DNA of 64,000 nt from assembly GCF_963921235.1 (NCBI RefSeq), contig NC_086097.1, positions 114,640,001 to 114,704,000 on the forward strand. Reading direction: 5' to 3'. Below, in pieces: positions 46,293-59,056 of this stretch. The DNA comes from Mobula hypostoma (lineage: Eukaryota). Every line of letters starts with the position of its first letter. The stretch's first letter is position 1. The notes under the pieces were generated by a model. That model was not told the origin of the DNA, searched no databases, and saw only the letters and a list, made by a program, of their open reading frames with translations. A program made the position numbers and the translations under genes.

Positions 46293-47539
46293 CAGGTGTC
46301 CCCCGCTTTTCCAACGTTCGCTTTACGAAACCTCACTGTTACGAAAGACCTACGTTAGTACCCTGTTTTCGCTTTCAGAAGGTGTTTTCACTGTTACGAA
46401 GAAAGGCAGCACGCGATAAAAAATCAGCGTGCGATAAAACACAGCGCGCGGCCCGAGCAGCCGCTCTCCCCCGGATTCGGAACGGCATTCCTTAAACAGG
46501 TTGCATTGAGCAGCCGTTAGCAAGATGAGTTCTAAGGTGTCGGAAAAGCCTGAAAGAGCTCGTAAGGGTGTTACCCTTAGCGTAAAACTAGACATAATTA
46601 AGGGTTTTGATCATGGTGATCGAAGCAAGGACAAAGTGAGTTTGGCTTGTGGAAGCTGATGAAGATGATGTTGAAGAGGTCCCACCACCCCAACCCCCAG
46701 GCCCCGGACAGATACTGTACCGATTCGCGGAGAATGCAGCAGTAGCTGGGAGGCACACAGTACATCTTTACGAGAAAAGCTGAAATAAACATGCTAATTA
46801 ATTAGGTGCCACCTAGCACATAACTGTCGGCACAGATCAGAGGCAATGCACTCGGTAATCGGCACTGATCTGGGCCGACATTTATGTGCCGGGCAGCACC
46901 TAAATAATTAGCATGTTTATTTCAGCTTTTTTCTTAAAGATGTGCTGTCTGCCTCCCGGCTACCGCTGCTTTCTTCGCGACAATGTATCGGTCGGTGGCC
47001 CGGAGGGTGGGGGCCACTGCACCACCCCAACCTGCGATGACTCAGTCTAACACACCATCATCAGTGTGCTCGGCGCTGTTTTCCCAATTCCGGTAAGTGA
47101 TACTACACTGTACATACATTATTTCTACTTTATATAGGCTGTGTATTTTTACGTGTTATTTGGTAGATTTGGCAGCTTCATAGCTTAAAGGTTACTGGAG
47201 AGAGCGTTTATGCCAACAGTGCTTGCATGAGATTTTCTGCCGAGATCACTTGCGTGAGGTTTTTGCTACGGAGATCTGTGCAGGCAATCGTTGTAGAGAA
47301 GTATTTCTACTTTATATAGGCTGTGTATTTATCACATCATTCCTGCTTTTACAATATGTTACTGTTATTTTAGGTTTTATGTGTATTTTGGCATGATTTG
47401 GTAGGTTATTTTTGGGTCTGCAAACGCTCACAAAATTTTCCCATATAAATAAATGGTAATTGCTTCTTTGCTTTACGACATTTCGGCTTACGAACCATTT
47501 CATAGGAACGCTCTACATTCGGATGGCAGGGGAAACCTG
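46293..47539 (+). mobile_element. non-autonomous Tigger/pogo-like element with a large internal hairpin
   Basis: TA|CAGGTGTCCCCCG...CAGGGGAAACCTG|TA; remnant MSSKVSEKPERARKGVTLSVKLDIIK at 46525. Confidence 0.8.
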
Positions 47540-47721
47540 TACTTTCCTGACTTATTCTTAGAGTCTTTCTTAAACAACTTAATAACATTAAAATGCAAAG
47601 AATTCATTTAAGCTCTCCTCTAATTCTTTCAGCTCCACACGTAGGTTACCACTCTGATTTTTCAGAGGACCAATTTTATCCCTTGCTTTCCTTTTGCTCT
47701 TCATATACAGTACCTGTAGAA

Positions 47722-47868
47722 GCTTCTTTGTGGATTGTCACCTTGTCATGGTGGAGAAGCTTGTGTGGTCCTGTGATCCCGAGAGCAATGTCGTCTGGAG
47801 CCATGCTCCTGGTAGGGTCACCCATGGTGGTAAGGTCGAGGGTGAGGTCCCTGACAAAGAACAATCCA
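47722..47868 (+). ncRNA. candidate HDV-like ribozyme
   Basis: P1 GCUUCUUU/GGAGAAGC, P2 UGGAUUGUC/G(A)ACAAUCCA, P3 ACC/GGU, L3 UUGUCAU, J4/2 CAAA. Confidence 0.55.
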
Positions 47869-48144
47869 ACCAAGACCTCAACAGTGGAACAGGCGGACGA
47901 AGTTACTTTGAACTCAACGGCTGTGAAGGCGGATGAAGGCTGCAACAAATCCATCGGCTCCAATTGTCGTGGTTTCCATGCCATTGGAATCAGTTGATTG
48001 ATTTGTGAAGTATCATATGCTTTTTGGAGTGCAACATCAAGTACACATTAAACAAATACATGCACAGGCGTCTTTGCTCTTTGGGCCACTTCTTCAGAAC
48101 GAGAACCATCATCCTCGGCCTTGAGGGATAGCCACGACGATGAT
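47722..48144 (+). mobile_element. 423-bp RTE-derived short non-autonomous retroelement
   Basis: RTE-type 5' UTR motif gtcaccttgtcatggtggag...tagggtcaccca...gacaaaga; (GAC/GAT)n tail; TSD ctgtagaa(gct) at 47714 and 48145. Confidence 0.75.
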
Positions 48145-50489
48145 CTGTAGAAGCTCCTAGGATTCTGCTTCACGTTGTCTGCTAGAGCAACCTCATGTCT
48201 TCTTTTAGACCTCCTGGTTTCCTTAAGTGTTCCTTCCATTTCTTATGCTTCTCAAGTATCTCATTTGTTCCTACCTGCTTATACGTGCTATGCACCAATT
48301 TTTTTCTTTACTAGGGCCTCAATATCTCTCAAAAACCAAGGTTCCCTAAACCTGTTATCCATGCCTTTTATTCTGACAGAAACATAAAAGCTCTATGCTC
48401 TCAAAATTTCACTTTTGAAGGCCACCCACTTACCAAGTACACATTTGCCAGAAAGCAACCTGTCCCAATCCACACCTACCAGATCCTTTCCAATACTATC
48501 AAAAGTTACCTTTCTCCAATTTAGAACCTTGGGCAAAGGTCCACCTATCCTGTCCCATAATTACCTTGAAACTAATGACATTATGATCACAAGATACAAT
48601 GTGTTCCCCAATACAAACTTCCATCACCTGCCCTGACTCATTCCCTAATAGGAGATCTCGTATCATGCTCTCTAGTTGGGTCTTCTATGTACTGATTATG
48701 GAAATGTTCTAGAACACATTTGACAAACTCTTTGCCATCCACCTCTTTACAGTATGGGAGTTCCACCAATATGTGGAAAGTTAAAATCACCTACTATCAT
48801 AACCTTATGTTTGTTGCAATATTTTGCGATCTCTCTACGAAATTGCTCCTCTAAATGCCATGGACTGTTGGGTGGTCTGTAATATAGCCCTATTAACGTG
48901 GTCATTTCCCTTCCACTCATAAAGCCTCACTAGATGAGTTCTCCAGTCTGTCGGGAGTGAGCATGGCCATGACGTTTTCCCTGACAGGTAATGCCATTCC
49001 TTCCCCTTTATTCCCTTTTGATTTATCACAAACGGAACTCCAGAACGTTGAGCTGCCAGTCCTGCCCCTCTTGCAACCAAGTCTCACTAATGGCTACGAT
49101 ATCACAATTCCATGTGATGGTCCGTGCCCTAAGCTGATTTGCCTTTCCTACAATATTCATTGCATTGAAATATATGCAGCTCAGAATATTTGTCCTGTAT
49201 TGCTCAACTTTTTGATTCCTGACTTTGTAAGTAGGCATAACAACACCCTTCTCCACAACCATTCCACTATCTGGCATTCCGGTTCCTAACACCCTGCAAC
49301 TCTAGTTTAAATTCCCCTGTGCAGCACTAACAAAACTTCCTTCGAGCACATTAGTCCCCTCTTCAGTTCAGGTGCAAGCTGTCCCTTCTGTACAGGTCCC
49401 ACCTTCCTTGGAAGAGAGCCCATCAATCCAAAAATCTGAAGCCCCTCCACCTGCTCCATCTGCTGGCCATGTGCTTAACTGCATGATCTTTCTATTTCTG
49501 GCCTCACTAGCACTTGGTACAGATAGTAATTCTGCGATCACAACCCTGTAGGTCCTGCCCTTTAACTTAGTACCTAACTCTCTGAACTCACTTTGCAGGA
49601 CCTCATCACCCCTCTTACGCATGTCATTGGTACCCACGTGGACCATGACCTCAGGCTGCTCATCCTCCTGCCCTCCATGCTGTGGACTCAATCTGAGATG
49701 TTCCTGACCCTGGCACACAGGAAGCAAAATAACATCTGGGAATCTCGTTCTCATCCACAGAACTTCCTTTCTATTCCCCTAACCAATGAGTCTCCTATCA
49801 CTCCAGCTCACCTCATCTCCCGCTTCTCTTCTGAGCCACAGAGCTAGATTCAGTGCCAGAGACCTGACCACTGTGGCTTTCCTCTGCTAGGTCATCCCCC
49901 CTCCCCCACCAACAGTATCTAAAATGGTATACCTTTTGTTGAAGCGAATGACCAGATGAGTACTCTGCAGAGGCTGCCTATCCCTTTCCGCCATCCTGAC
50001 GGTCACTCAGTTACATTTGTCTTTTACCTTGGGTGTAACTACCTCTGTCTTTCAACCCCTCACACTCCAGAATGATCTGGAATTCCTCCATTTCCAGCTC
50101 CAACTCCTTAACACAGTCTGTTAGAAGGTGCACCTGGATGTAATTCTTGCAGGTTAGTCGTCAGGGACACTGGACACGTAAGAGACAAATTTTATATCTC
50201 TTGTTTTCACTTTATTTCGGTCTCACTTTGTGCCTGGAATACTCTACTGACTGAGATACACCAGGTGAGTACTGCATAACATTTCAAAACACTTCTTAGT
50301 ACCTTCTTTTTAAATTTGGCATATTTATAGGATTACTTAATGCCTGTTGATTTTGATTACATTAATAGAATTTGGTATATTTAATTACATTTTATTCTAT
50401 GTAATGTTTATCTTTACTTACGATTTTTAATTTTGTCTCATATTGATTTACCTTTACAATCTGTGTAAAGCACTTTGAGCCTGCATCCT

Positions 50490-51520
50490 AATTGTGCAGA
50501 GGAGATTTACAAGGATGTTGCCTGGATTGGAGGGCGTACCTTATGAGTGAATTTGGCCTTTTCTCCTTGGAGCTACTAAGGATGAGAGGTAATCTGATGG
50601 AAGTGTATAAAATGATGAGGGGCGTTGATCATGTGGATAGCCAGAGGCTTTTTCCCAGAGCTGAAATGGCTAACACAAGGGGGATAGTTTTAAGGTGCTT
50701 GGAAATAGGTACCGAGGGGATGTCAGGGGTAAGTTTTTCACACAGAGTGGTGGGCGTGTGGAATGTGCTGCTGGTGGCGGTGGTGGAAGTGGATACAATA
50801 GGGTCTTTTAAGATAGGTACATGGAGCTTAGAAAAACAGAGGGCTATGCGGTAAGGAAATTCTAGGCAGACTCTAGAGTAGGTTACATGGTCGGCACAAC
50901 ATTGTGGGCCAAAGGGCCTGTAATGTGCTGTAGATTTCTATGTTCTATGTTCTAGTATATGAAAGGTGCTATATAAATAAAGTTATTATTATTGTTTTTA
51001 TTATTGTTATTATTATTATTATTATATTATTATTATTATTGTGTATTAAGACCAGAAGAACATATGACATCAGAGCAGAATTAGGCCGTCTGGCTTATAG
51101 AGGCTACTCTGCCATTCCATCATCACTGATTTAATATACCTTTCAACCCATTTTTCACCCTTTTCCCAGTAATCTTTGATACCCTTGCCAATCAAGAACA
51201 CAACAATATCTGCTTTAAATATACCCAATGACTTGGTCTCAACAGTCATCTGTGGCAATGAATTCCACGGATTTACCTCTCTTGGGCTAAAGAAATTCCT
51301 CCTCTTCTCTGTTCTAAAGTGACATCCTTGCAGTCTGAGGCTGTGCCATCTGATCTTGGACCCCCACCCCCACCACCACCACAGTAGGAAACAACTTCTC
51401 CATGTCCACTCTGTCTAGGTCTTTCAATATTTCATAGATTTCAATAAGATACCCTCATTCTTCTAAATTGTTCAGAATCATCAACCTCATACATTAATCC
51501 TTGTGTTCCCAGGATAATTC
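50490..51520. mobile_element. two convergent CR1 3' ends (+ 50490-50955; - 51050-51520) flanking an (ATT)n tract at 50983-51040
   Basis: LRMRGNLMEVYKMMRG with (ttctatg)n tail; antisense VETKSLGIFKADI. Confidence 0.78.
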
Positions 51521-51856
51521 TCTTACTTCTTTTCGAGAGCCTCAAAGCCTCTGTAAGCGTTTTTAAATTTGCATTTGATGTAACAATACAAAGCAATGTT
51601 GTTTCTTGGACTACTGTAATAATTATGTCACTTTGAGACTGCTTTTTGAAGATAGTTCCCTAGATAAAGCACTCCCAACGCCTTTAATGTTAATGTGAGC
51701 AGCTAACTGGAGGGACAGGAATTTTGAAGAGAGCAGGCAACACTGAGAGTCACATTCAGTACTTAATGCAAAGTCATCAACCTGAAACATTAAACATCCT
51801 ACATCAAAGTTGCTGGTGAACGCAGCAGGCCAGGCAGCATCTCTAGGAAGAGGTAC

Positions 51857-51892
51857 AGTCGACGTTTCAGGCCGAGACCCTTCGTCAGGACT
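51857..51892 (-). ncRNA. minimal hammerhead ribozyme motif, core intact
   Basis: Reverse complement AGUC-CUGACGA-AGGGUCUCGGCCU-GAAAC-GUC-GACU. Confidence 0.8.
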
Positions 51893-52417
51893 AACTGAAG
51901 GAAGAGTGAGTAAGGGATTTGAAAGCTGGAGGGGGAGGGGGAGATCCAAAATGATAGGAGAAGACAGGAGGGGGAGGGATGGAGCCGAGAGCTGGACAGG
52001 TGATAGGCAAAAGGGATACGAGAGGATCATGGGACAGGAGGTCCGGGAAGAAAGACGGGGCGGGGGGTGACCCAGAGGATGGGCAAGAGGTATATTCAGA
52101 GGGACAGAGGGAGAAAAAGGAGAGTGAGAGAAAGAATGTGTGTATAAAAATAAGTAACAGATGGGGTACGAGGGGGAGGTGGGGCCTTAGCGGAAGTTAG
52201 AGAAGTCGATGTTTATATTCCTCTTGCCCATCCTCTGGGTCCCCCCCTCCTTGTCTTTCTTCCCGGACCTCCTGTCCCATGATCCTCTCGTATCCCCTTT
52301 TGCCTATCACCTGTCCAGCTCTCGGCTCTATTCCTCCCCCTCCTGTCTTCTCCTATCATTTTGGATCTCCCCCTCCCCCTCCAACTTTCAAATCCCTTAC
52401 TCACTCTTCCTTCAGTT

Positions 52418-52453
52418 AGTCCTGACGAAGGGTCTCGGCCTGAAACGTCGACT
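52418..52453 (+). ncRNA. minimal hammerhead ribozyme motif, core intact
   Basis: AGUC-CUGACGA-AGGGUCUCGGCCU-GAAAC-GUC-GACU. Confidence 0.8.
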
Positions 52454-52764
52454 GCACCTCTTCCTACAGATGCTGCCTGGCCTGCTGCGTTCACCAGCAA
52501 CTTTTATGTGTGTTGCTTGAATTTCCAGCATCTGCAGAATTCCTGTTGTTTACATTAAACATCCTTCTGGCTCCACTGATGCTGCCTAACCAGCTGAGTA
52601 TATCCAACATTTTGTCTTTTATTTCAGCTTTACAGCATCTGGAGCGGTTTTTTGCTTTCCACCAAACACTCAGGCAGTTAAGAATAAACTATACATAAGC
52701 TATATGAGATATGAAAATAGCCTTATGTTAAGGTGATGAAGAGCACTTGGTACATGCACACTCT

Positions 52765-55700
52765 GGCCAAGATGGCGCTGTGTACGGGAGCCGTGTTGCG
52801 AGCTCTGTACCAACTTTACAGTGTACTGCTAATTTCTGCAATTTCCTTCGCATTTCTTGTTCAAGTAGCTGACAGTCACATCAAATATGATCAACTGACT
52901 CTTCTGAACATAGGGAAGATTGCATTTACACAGAATGTGGCGCCTTCTCTACACTGGGAACCCTTGCTTATGTGATCCATGGGATGCTGATTTGTTACAC
53001 CGCAGCTACCCCAAAAGTGGCTCCGGAGGTGAGGGAGAAGGGCCAGCGTCCTGGTGAGGTGAGGCTAATTGGCCGCCGCTCCCTAGCATACTCCTGGCTA
53101 ACCTTCAGTCCCTGGACAATAAGCTGTGTGAACTGAGGGCCAGAATCTCCTACCAGTGGGAAACAAGGGAATGTAGCGTCTTGTGCTTCGTGGAGACCTG
53201 GATGACGGAGGAGATACCGGATCATGCCATCGAGCCCTTTGGGTTCTCCCTGTTCTGGACGGACAGGTCGAAAAACCTCCATGGGAAGAGTAAAGGAGGT
53301 CGGGTATGCTTCATGGTTAATAATGCTTGGTGCGGCCCCGGAGTGTGCATGCCCTCAAATCCTAATGTTCCCTGGTCTGGAGTACCTTGTATTGCTGTTT
53401 AGACCTTTCTGGCTGCCTGGGGAGTTCATGGCTGTTATTATCACAGCTGTGTATATTCTGCCGCAGGCTGATACTGACCTGGCTCTCAAGGAACTGTACG
53501 AGACCATCAGCACCCAGGAGATTGTACACCCGGAGGCTGCTTTCATCGCTGCCAGAGACTTTTGTAACTCTTGCTTTGGCTAGCGGCTTAATATAGGGGG
53601 TGATAGCCCCCGGCCCAGCCAAACTTAAGAAATCTTGTTTGGGTGGATGCTGCGCGATGTGTCCCCTGTTACAAATCAGTACCCCGAAATGATAAACAGT
53701 ATACAAGATGCGATTAAATAATTAAACTTTATAATTCTTACTTTGACTATATGGTTATTAAAGAAAGGAAAAAAAGGGCCCAATCTTATTAAACAGTCTG
53801 TTGAGCCATGTTGGAGATCACTGATAAGTCGATCGTCCACCATCGACCGCCTCTGATCGTCACTGCCCTTCGGACCCTCGCTCCAAGTCCACCCCATCCG
53901 GCGGTCTACTAACTCTCTCCATTCGCGTCTTCTCTCCTCATCTCTCCCCGACAAAAGACCGCAAAAATCTCTCTTCCAGCTCACAAGAAAGAACAACAGC
54001 ATTCCAAACCCTGTTATCTCTAGTCATAACCCAGATATTGCTGCTACAGAGAAACCATTACATTATCATTGAAACCTGACAGCATGTTACACTTTAATAG
54101 AGCGTCACTGTCTAATGCCTCTCCAAAATTTTGTCAACACATCCAGGTGAGCACATGGGGAGAGAGCATACTCGACTACCCTTCCACGATGCTTACAAAG
54201 CGTATTCCGTCCACCATTTGGGAAGTCAGATCACTCCTCCATCTTGCTTCTGCCGGTGTACAGGCAGAAGCTGAAACAAGAGGCGGCCATAGTTAAAACT
54301 GTCCACTGTTGGTCCAACCAATCGATCTCCATGCTACTGGACTGCTTGATGATGTTAACCGGAATGTCTTTCATGATGAGGATGTCTCCGAGTTCATGGA
54401 AGGGGTCACGAGCTTCATCCGGAAGTGTATCGAGGATATTGTCCTCCAAACATCAGTCAGGGTTTATCCAAACTATAAACCCTGGATCAACGGTTCTGTG
54501 TGTGCGGCACTTACCATGTGAGACAGAGTTTACTTTGCGGGTAAGCAACAGGAACTCAAGAAATGCAGCTACGATCTATGCAAGGTCATCATGGCAGCGA
54601 AACAGCAACACAGGGACAAGATTCAGACGCAACTCTCCACCAACAACACACGCAGTTTGTGGCAAGGTCTGCACACCAACGCAGACTTCAAAGCTAAGCA
54701 CAGTGGTGCTGCCAACATCGCTGCCTCTCTCCTAGATGAGCCAAATCTGTTTTACACTTGGTTCGATGTTGCCAGCACTGAGCCTCTGAGAAGGGCTGCC
54801 GATGCGACCTGCACCTTGGTCATCTCTGAGGCTGAAGTACGCAGATGTTTCCAACGAGTGGACAGTCACAAGGCTGTGGGACTGGATGGCATCCCAGGGC
54901 GGGTACTCAGGATCTGTGTGGCACAACTGGCTGGTGTGTTTACAGACATTTTTAATTTCTCCCTCTCCCAGTGTGGAGTGCCCTTCACTTCAAAACATCC
55001 ACCATTGTTCCTGTACCTACAAGGACCAAAGTAACATGTCTGAATGACTGTCGCACTCACCTCAATAATAAGCAAAAGCTTTGAGGAGCTGCTTAAGGAC
55101 TACATCAGCAGCTTGCTACAACCCACACTGGACCCCTACAATTTGCCTACTAACACAATTGATCAACAGGTGACACAATAGCCACAGCTCTACACACTGT
55201 CCTTACACATTGAGAAGAAGGATGCCTATGTGAGAATGCTGTTCTTGGACTACAGTTCAACATTCAACACCATAATTTGCTTGAGGCTTGACTAAAAGCT
55301 CAGAGACCTCGGCCTTCACCCTGCCTTGTGCAGTTGGATCCTGGACTTCCTGTCAGATTGCCAGCAGGTGGTAAGAGTGGGCTCCCTCAACTCTGCCCCT
55401 CTGCCCCTCAACACAGGATCCCCTCAGAGCTGTGTCCCAAGCCCCCTCCTGTATACCTATGTCTGTGTTGCCACTCACAGCTCCAAATTGCTAATTAAAT
55501 TTGCTGATGATACTACATTGATTGGCCTTATCTCAAATAATAGCAAGGCAGCCTACAGAAAAGAAGTCATCACCCTGACACAGTGGTGTCAAGAGAATAA
55601 CCTCTCTCACAGTCGTAAAAACAAAGGAGCTGGTTGTGGACTACAGGAGGAATGGAGACAGGTTAACCCCTATTGACATCAATGGATCTGGGGTTGCGAG

Positions 55701-56324
55701 GGTGTATAGCTTTATGTTCCTCAGCATTCACATCACTGAGAATCTCACATGGTCTGTACATACCAGCTGTGTGGTGAAAAAAGCACAACAGTGCCTCTTT
55801 CATCTCAGACGGTTGAAGAAGTTTGGCATGAGTCTCCAAATCCGAAGGACTTTCTACGGGGGGTCAACTGAGAGCATCCTGACTGGCTGCCTCACTGCCT
55901 GGTACGGGAACTGTAATTCTCTCAGTCGCAGGACTCTGCAGAGAGTGGTGCGGACAGCCCAGCGCATCCGTAGATGTGAACTTACCACTGTTCAGGTCAT
56001 TTACAGAGACAGGTGTGTAAAAAGGGCCCGAAAGATCATTAGGGAACTGAGTCACCCCAACCACAAACTGTTCCATTTACTACCACCCGGGAATCAGTAC
56101 CGCAGCGTAAAAGCCAGGACCAACAGGACAGCTTCTTCCACCAGGTCATCAGACTGCTTAATTCATGCTGATACAATTGTATTTCAATCTATATTGATTG
56201 TCCTGTTGTACATACTAATTAAAGTTACTATAAATTGTACATTTCACATTTAGACGGAGACGTAATTTAAAGACTTTTACTCCTCATGTATGTGAAGAAT
56301 GTAAGAAATAAAGTCAATTCAATT
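52765..56324 (+). mobile_element. near full-length, degraded Rex1/Babar-like LINE
   Basis: 5' ccaagatggcg; APE motifs CFVETW, GRVCFMVN, ARDF|N; RT motifs GLDGIPGRVL, FLDYSS, LIKFADDTT; C-terminal KKAQQCLFHLRRLKK; tail aataaagtcaattcaattc. Confidence 0.9.
53563..54091. mobile_element. 529-bp solo LTR (4-bp TSD, Gypsy-type)
   Basis: TGTAAC...GTTACA termini with CTTT duplicated at 53559-62 and 54092-95; removing it restores the APE (A)RDFN motif. Confidence 0.88.
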
Positions 56325-59056
56325 CTTTACACACACACACAGCCTTGTCATTCTGCTGTCGTTGTGCTGAGTGTGTGCACTCCAATGTCTTCCCCGGTAT
56401 ATTTTTATAACGGGTTGGCTCTATGGCGCCTTTCCCACCATACATGGCAGAATATTCCATTTCTTTAGCAATGGGGATATATACATGTGTATATGTTGTT
56501 TCTATATTGTATTTTGGTAGATACTTCTGTTTATTTTGTGATATGATTGTAACTACGTATTTTTGGTGTGCATCATATTTTAATTCATGTGTAGTCTTAA
56601 GTTAACTTCGTGAATAATTAAAGATGGTATGTCCTGGTGCCTAAAAAATACGGGGTTCATTGCTCCTGGTAGGAGAGATTGGGGCTGCCAGGCATTCACA
56701 CTGGGAAAAATAGTATGGAGCTATTGTGTTTTCCGGTAGATATCTTTTTGTAACAGTTGGCAGTTTTCTTCTTACTATTTTTGTAAGTTTGTTTTTTGAC
56801 ACACCTAAAAACATACTTGCACTAAAGTGCAAAGTGACTCCAGCCATTTTGTTTATTCATAATCCATCTATCTAACAGTTGTCTTTGGAAATGTAATCTG
56901 GATTTTACAATCGTCATGTATTGCAAATGTAGAATGGAATTTCAATACTTATGTAGTTTAGTTCAAATCTAATGATACTCACTTTTATAGGTTCCAATCA
57001 CCAAATTTTATTCAGAGCCAACTAAATCTATTAAATATAAATAAAATTACAAGCACACAAAAGTATTGTTGTTCATACAGAATACAGATCCAGCACACCA
57101 TCTATCTTTTTATTGATTTAAAGTATGTTCGTTTCATTGCCAAGATTCAAAGATTCAAGGATTCAAAGGATAGTTATTATCAAAATATGCATGTAGTATA
57201 TAACCCTGAGATTTGTCCTTGTCCTCCCGTGGACAACCACGGAACAAAGAAAACTATGGAACCCGTTCAAAGAAAAACAACAAACTCCCAACACACACAA
57301 GAAAAAATCACCCAAGTGGCAAAAAGAGTGAGAAAACACAGAATATAACATACCTACACTCAAAGTCATCAGAAGAGTCCAGCCATATCAATATAGCTCA
57401 GTTCAGTTCAATCTAATGCTGTGTTGCTTGTTTTCTGCTGGCTGCCCTGATCAAAATAGCAACAAAAAAAAAGGAGTGACCTGAAACCAGAAACACATCA
57501 TAACGTGAACTACTGAGTCCTGTCCATAGACTGTGTTGATTGAATCTTGGCCAGGACCCAGGACTCATTGAGTGAGGGAGAAACTGTCACACGTCCTTCA
57601 GCTGCATTCAGCGGGAGGGAGAGACATCGAACATTCAAAGGTAGTATTTATTTTGTTGTTGTTCAGTTGTTTAGTTGAGTCCTACTCTTTGTGACCTCTT
57701 GGACCACAGGGTCCAAAGGGGTTTTCATGGCAAGATATGGAAGTAGACTGCCAGGCCTTTCTTCCACGCAGATACTGCTGCTGTCCAGGTTGGGACCCGG
57801 CTGGGTTTGAACTCAGGATCATGTGCCTTGAAGTCCAGTGTTGATGCCACTACACCACCAGCTGGCCCATAGTATTTATTAATCATCTTTAATTCCCATT
57901 TAGAAGGCATTGGTGAGCAAGATGTTGGTGAGGCCACCTTTGGAGCGTTGTGCACAGCTTTCGTCTTGCTGTTACAGGAAAGACATCATTAAGCTGGAAA
58001 GATCACAAAGAAGATTGTTGAGAATGTTGCCTGTCTTCAAGAGCATAGATTCTAGGGAGGTGATTAAAGATTAAGGATTAAAGGCCTAGATTATATATGT
58101 TGATTAATCATTCTTGTTACCTTAAATAATTCATTTTGGGTTATACATATAAATACATGAATTGCATACGTCATCACGTAATACGTGTGTGCATCGCTTT
58201 AAGTAAACTCATTGGCTCACATTTTGGACTCCTATGTCTTCATTTGAAATAGTTTAATGTTTTGAAGTTACATAACATAACAATGAGGGGCATGAAATAA
58301 GGTGAATGACCATAGCCTTTTCCCCAGGGAAAGGTATTCTAAAGCTAGAGGATGTGGGGGAAAGATTGAAAAGGGACCTAAGGGGTAATTTCTTCAAACA
58401 CAGGGTAGTAGATAAATGGAACAAGATGTCAGAGGAAGTGACTTAGGCAGGTAGAATAACAATATTTAAAAGACATTGGACAGGTACACAGCTTAGAGGG
58501 AAATGAACCAAGAGCAGGTAAATGGGACTAACTTAGATGGGTACCTTAGTCGGTGGACGAACTGGGTGTTTCTCTGCTTTATTATATTGAGACTATCATC
58601 CTAAATTGCTACAGTCCTAGTTGAAAAGCAAAACATGGCAGATGATGGAAATCGGAAATTAAAAAAAAAACAGAAGATGCTAAATACTTAACAGGTCAGA
58701 CAGCATCTGTGGAGAGAGAAACCAAGTTAACACCAATGATTCTTCTTCCTTCTGTTTTTGATGGATCCTCTAAAGCATGAGAAGTAGCTGCACTGTATTT
58801 TCCAGCCATGTGCAGTGGAGTGGAGGGAGTACTACCAGCTAAATCTACTTCCCTTTCTTGGAGAATAATTCTTTGTGTCAGCTTAGTCTTAGTATTTATA
58901 GAATATATATTTTTTTAAAAACTCCTATGATGTTCTTAACATCATCACCCAGTTCTGTGACTTATATCACCCAGGAGGACAGTAGCAATAGGTACAAAGA
59001 GGCTGTGTCACCTGCAAAATCCTCTTTAAGTTTCAATCTATCTTCACTTGGAAACA

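Larger units (their letters stand above)
44980..50175 (-). mobile_element. long, internally deleted CR1-like LINE (ORF1 SGNH-esterase, APE, RT, 3' end) with two nested insertions
   Basis: EQPEVMVHVGTNDMRK...ARNRKI; YFNAMNI...IVAISETWL; YVDFSKAFDKV; ISKFEDDAKIGG; LYKTLVRPNLDYC. Confidence 0.88.
51801..52551. mobile_element. young PLE fold-back insertion carrying two hammerheads
   Basis: - arm 51801-52212 and + arm 52213-52551, nearly identical over about 290 bp; exact 14-bp TSD acattaaacatcct (51787-51800, 52552-52565). Confidence 0.92.

Noticed and set aside
51623..52698. Recurring ORFs such as [27 protein letters not shown] (also at 25.7, 30.5 and 33.1 kb), suggesting a peptide family
   Set aside because: These are translations of the non-coding PLE tail and hammerhead in various frames
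55636..56253. ORF resembling the ALKBH8 N-terminal/DUF1891 domain (also 601-1086 and 24949-25323)
   Set aside because: It is the C-terminus of Rex1-like LINE ORF2, not a host gene
56641..56847. 68-aa - strand ORF with a good Kozak context
   Set aside because: Isolated and unrecognised; ORFs of this size are expected by chance
57790..57868. tRNA-like sequence with an apparent TCA (Sec/suppressor) anticodon
   Set aside because: It is a SINE head without proper acceptor or anticodon stems; TCA may be CpG-decayed TCG
58090..58282. Possible LTR fragment ending ...cataaca within a CR1
   Set aside because: Only one terminus is visible and there is no TSD
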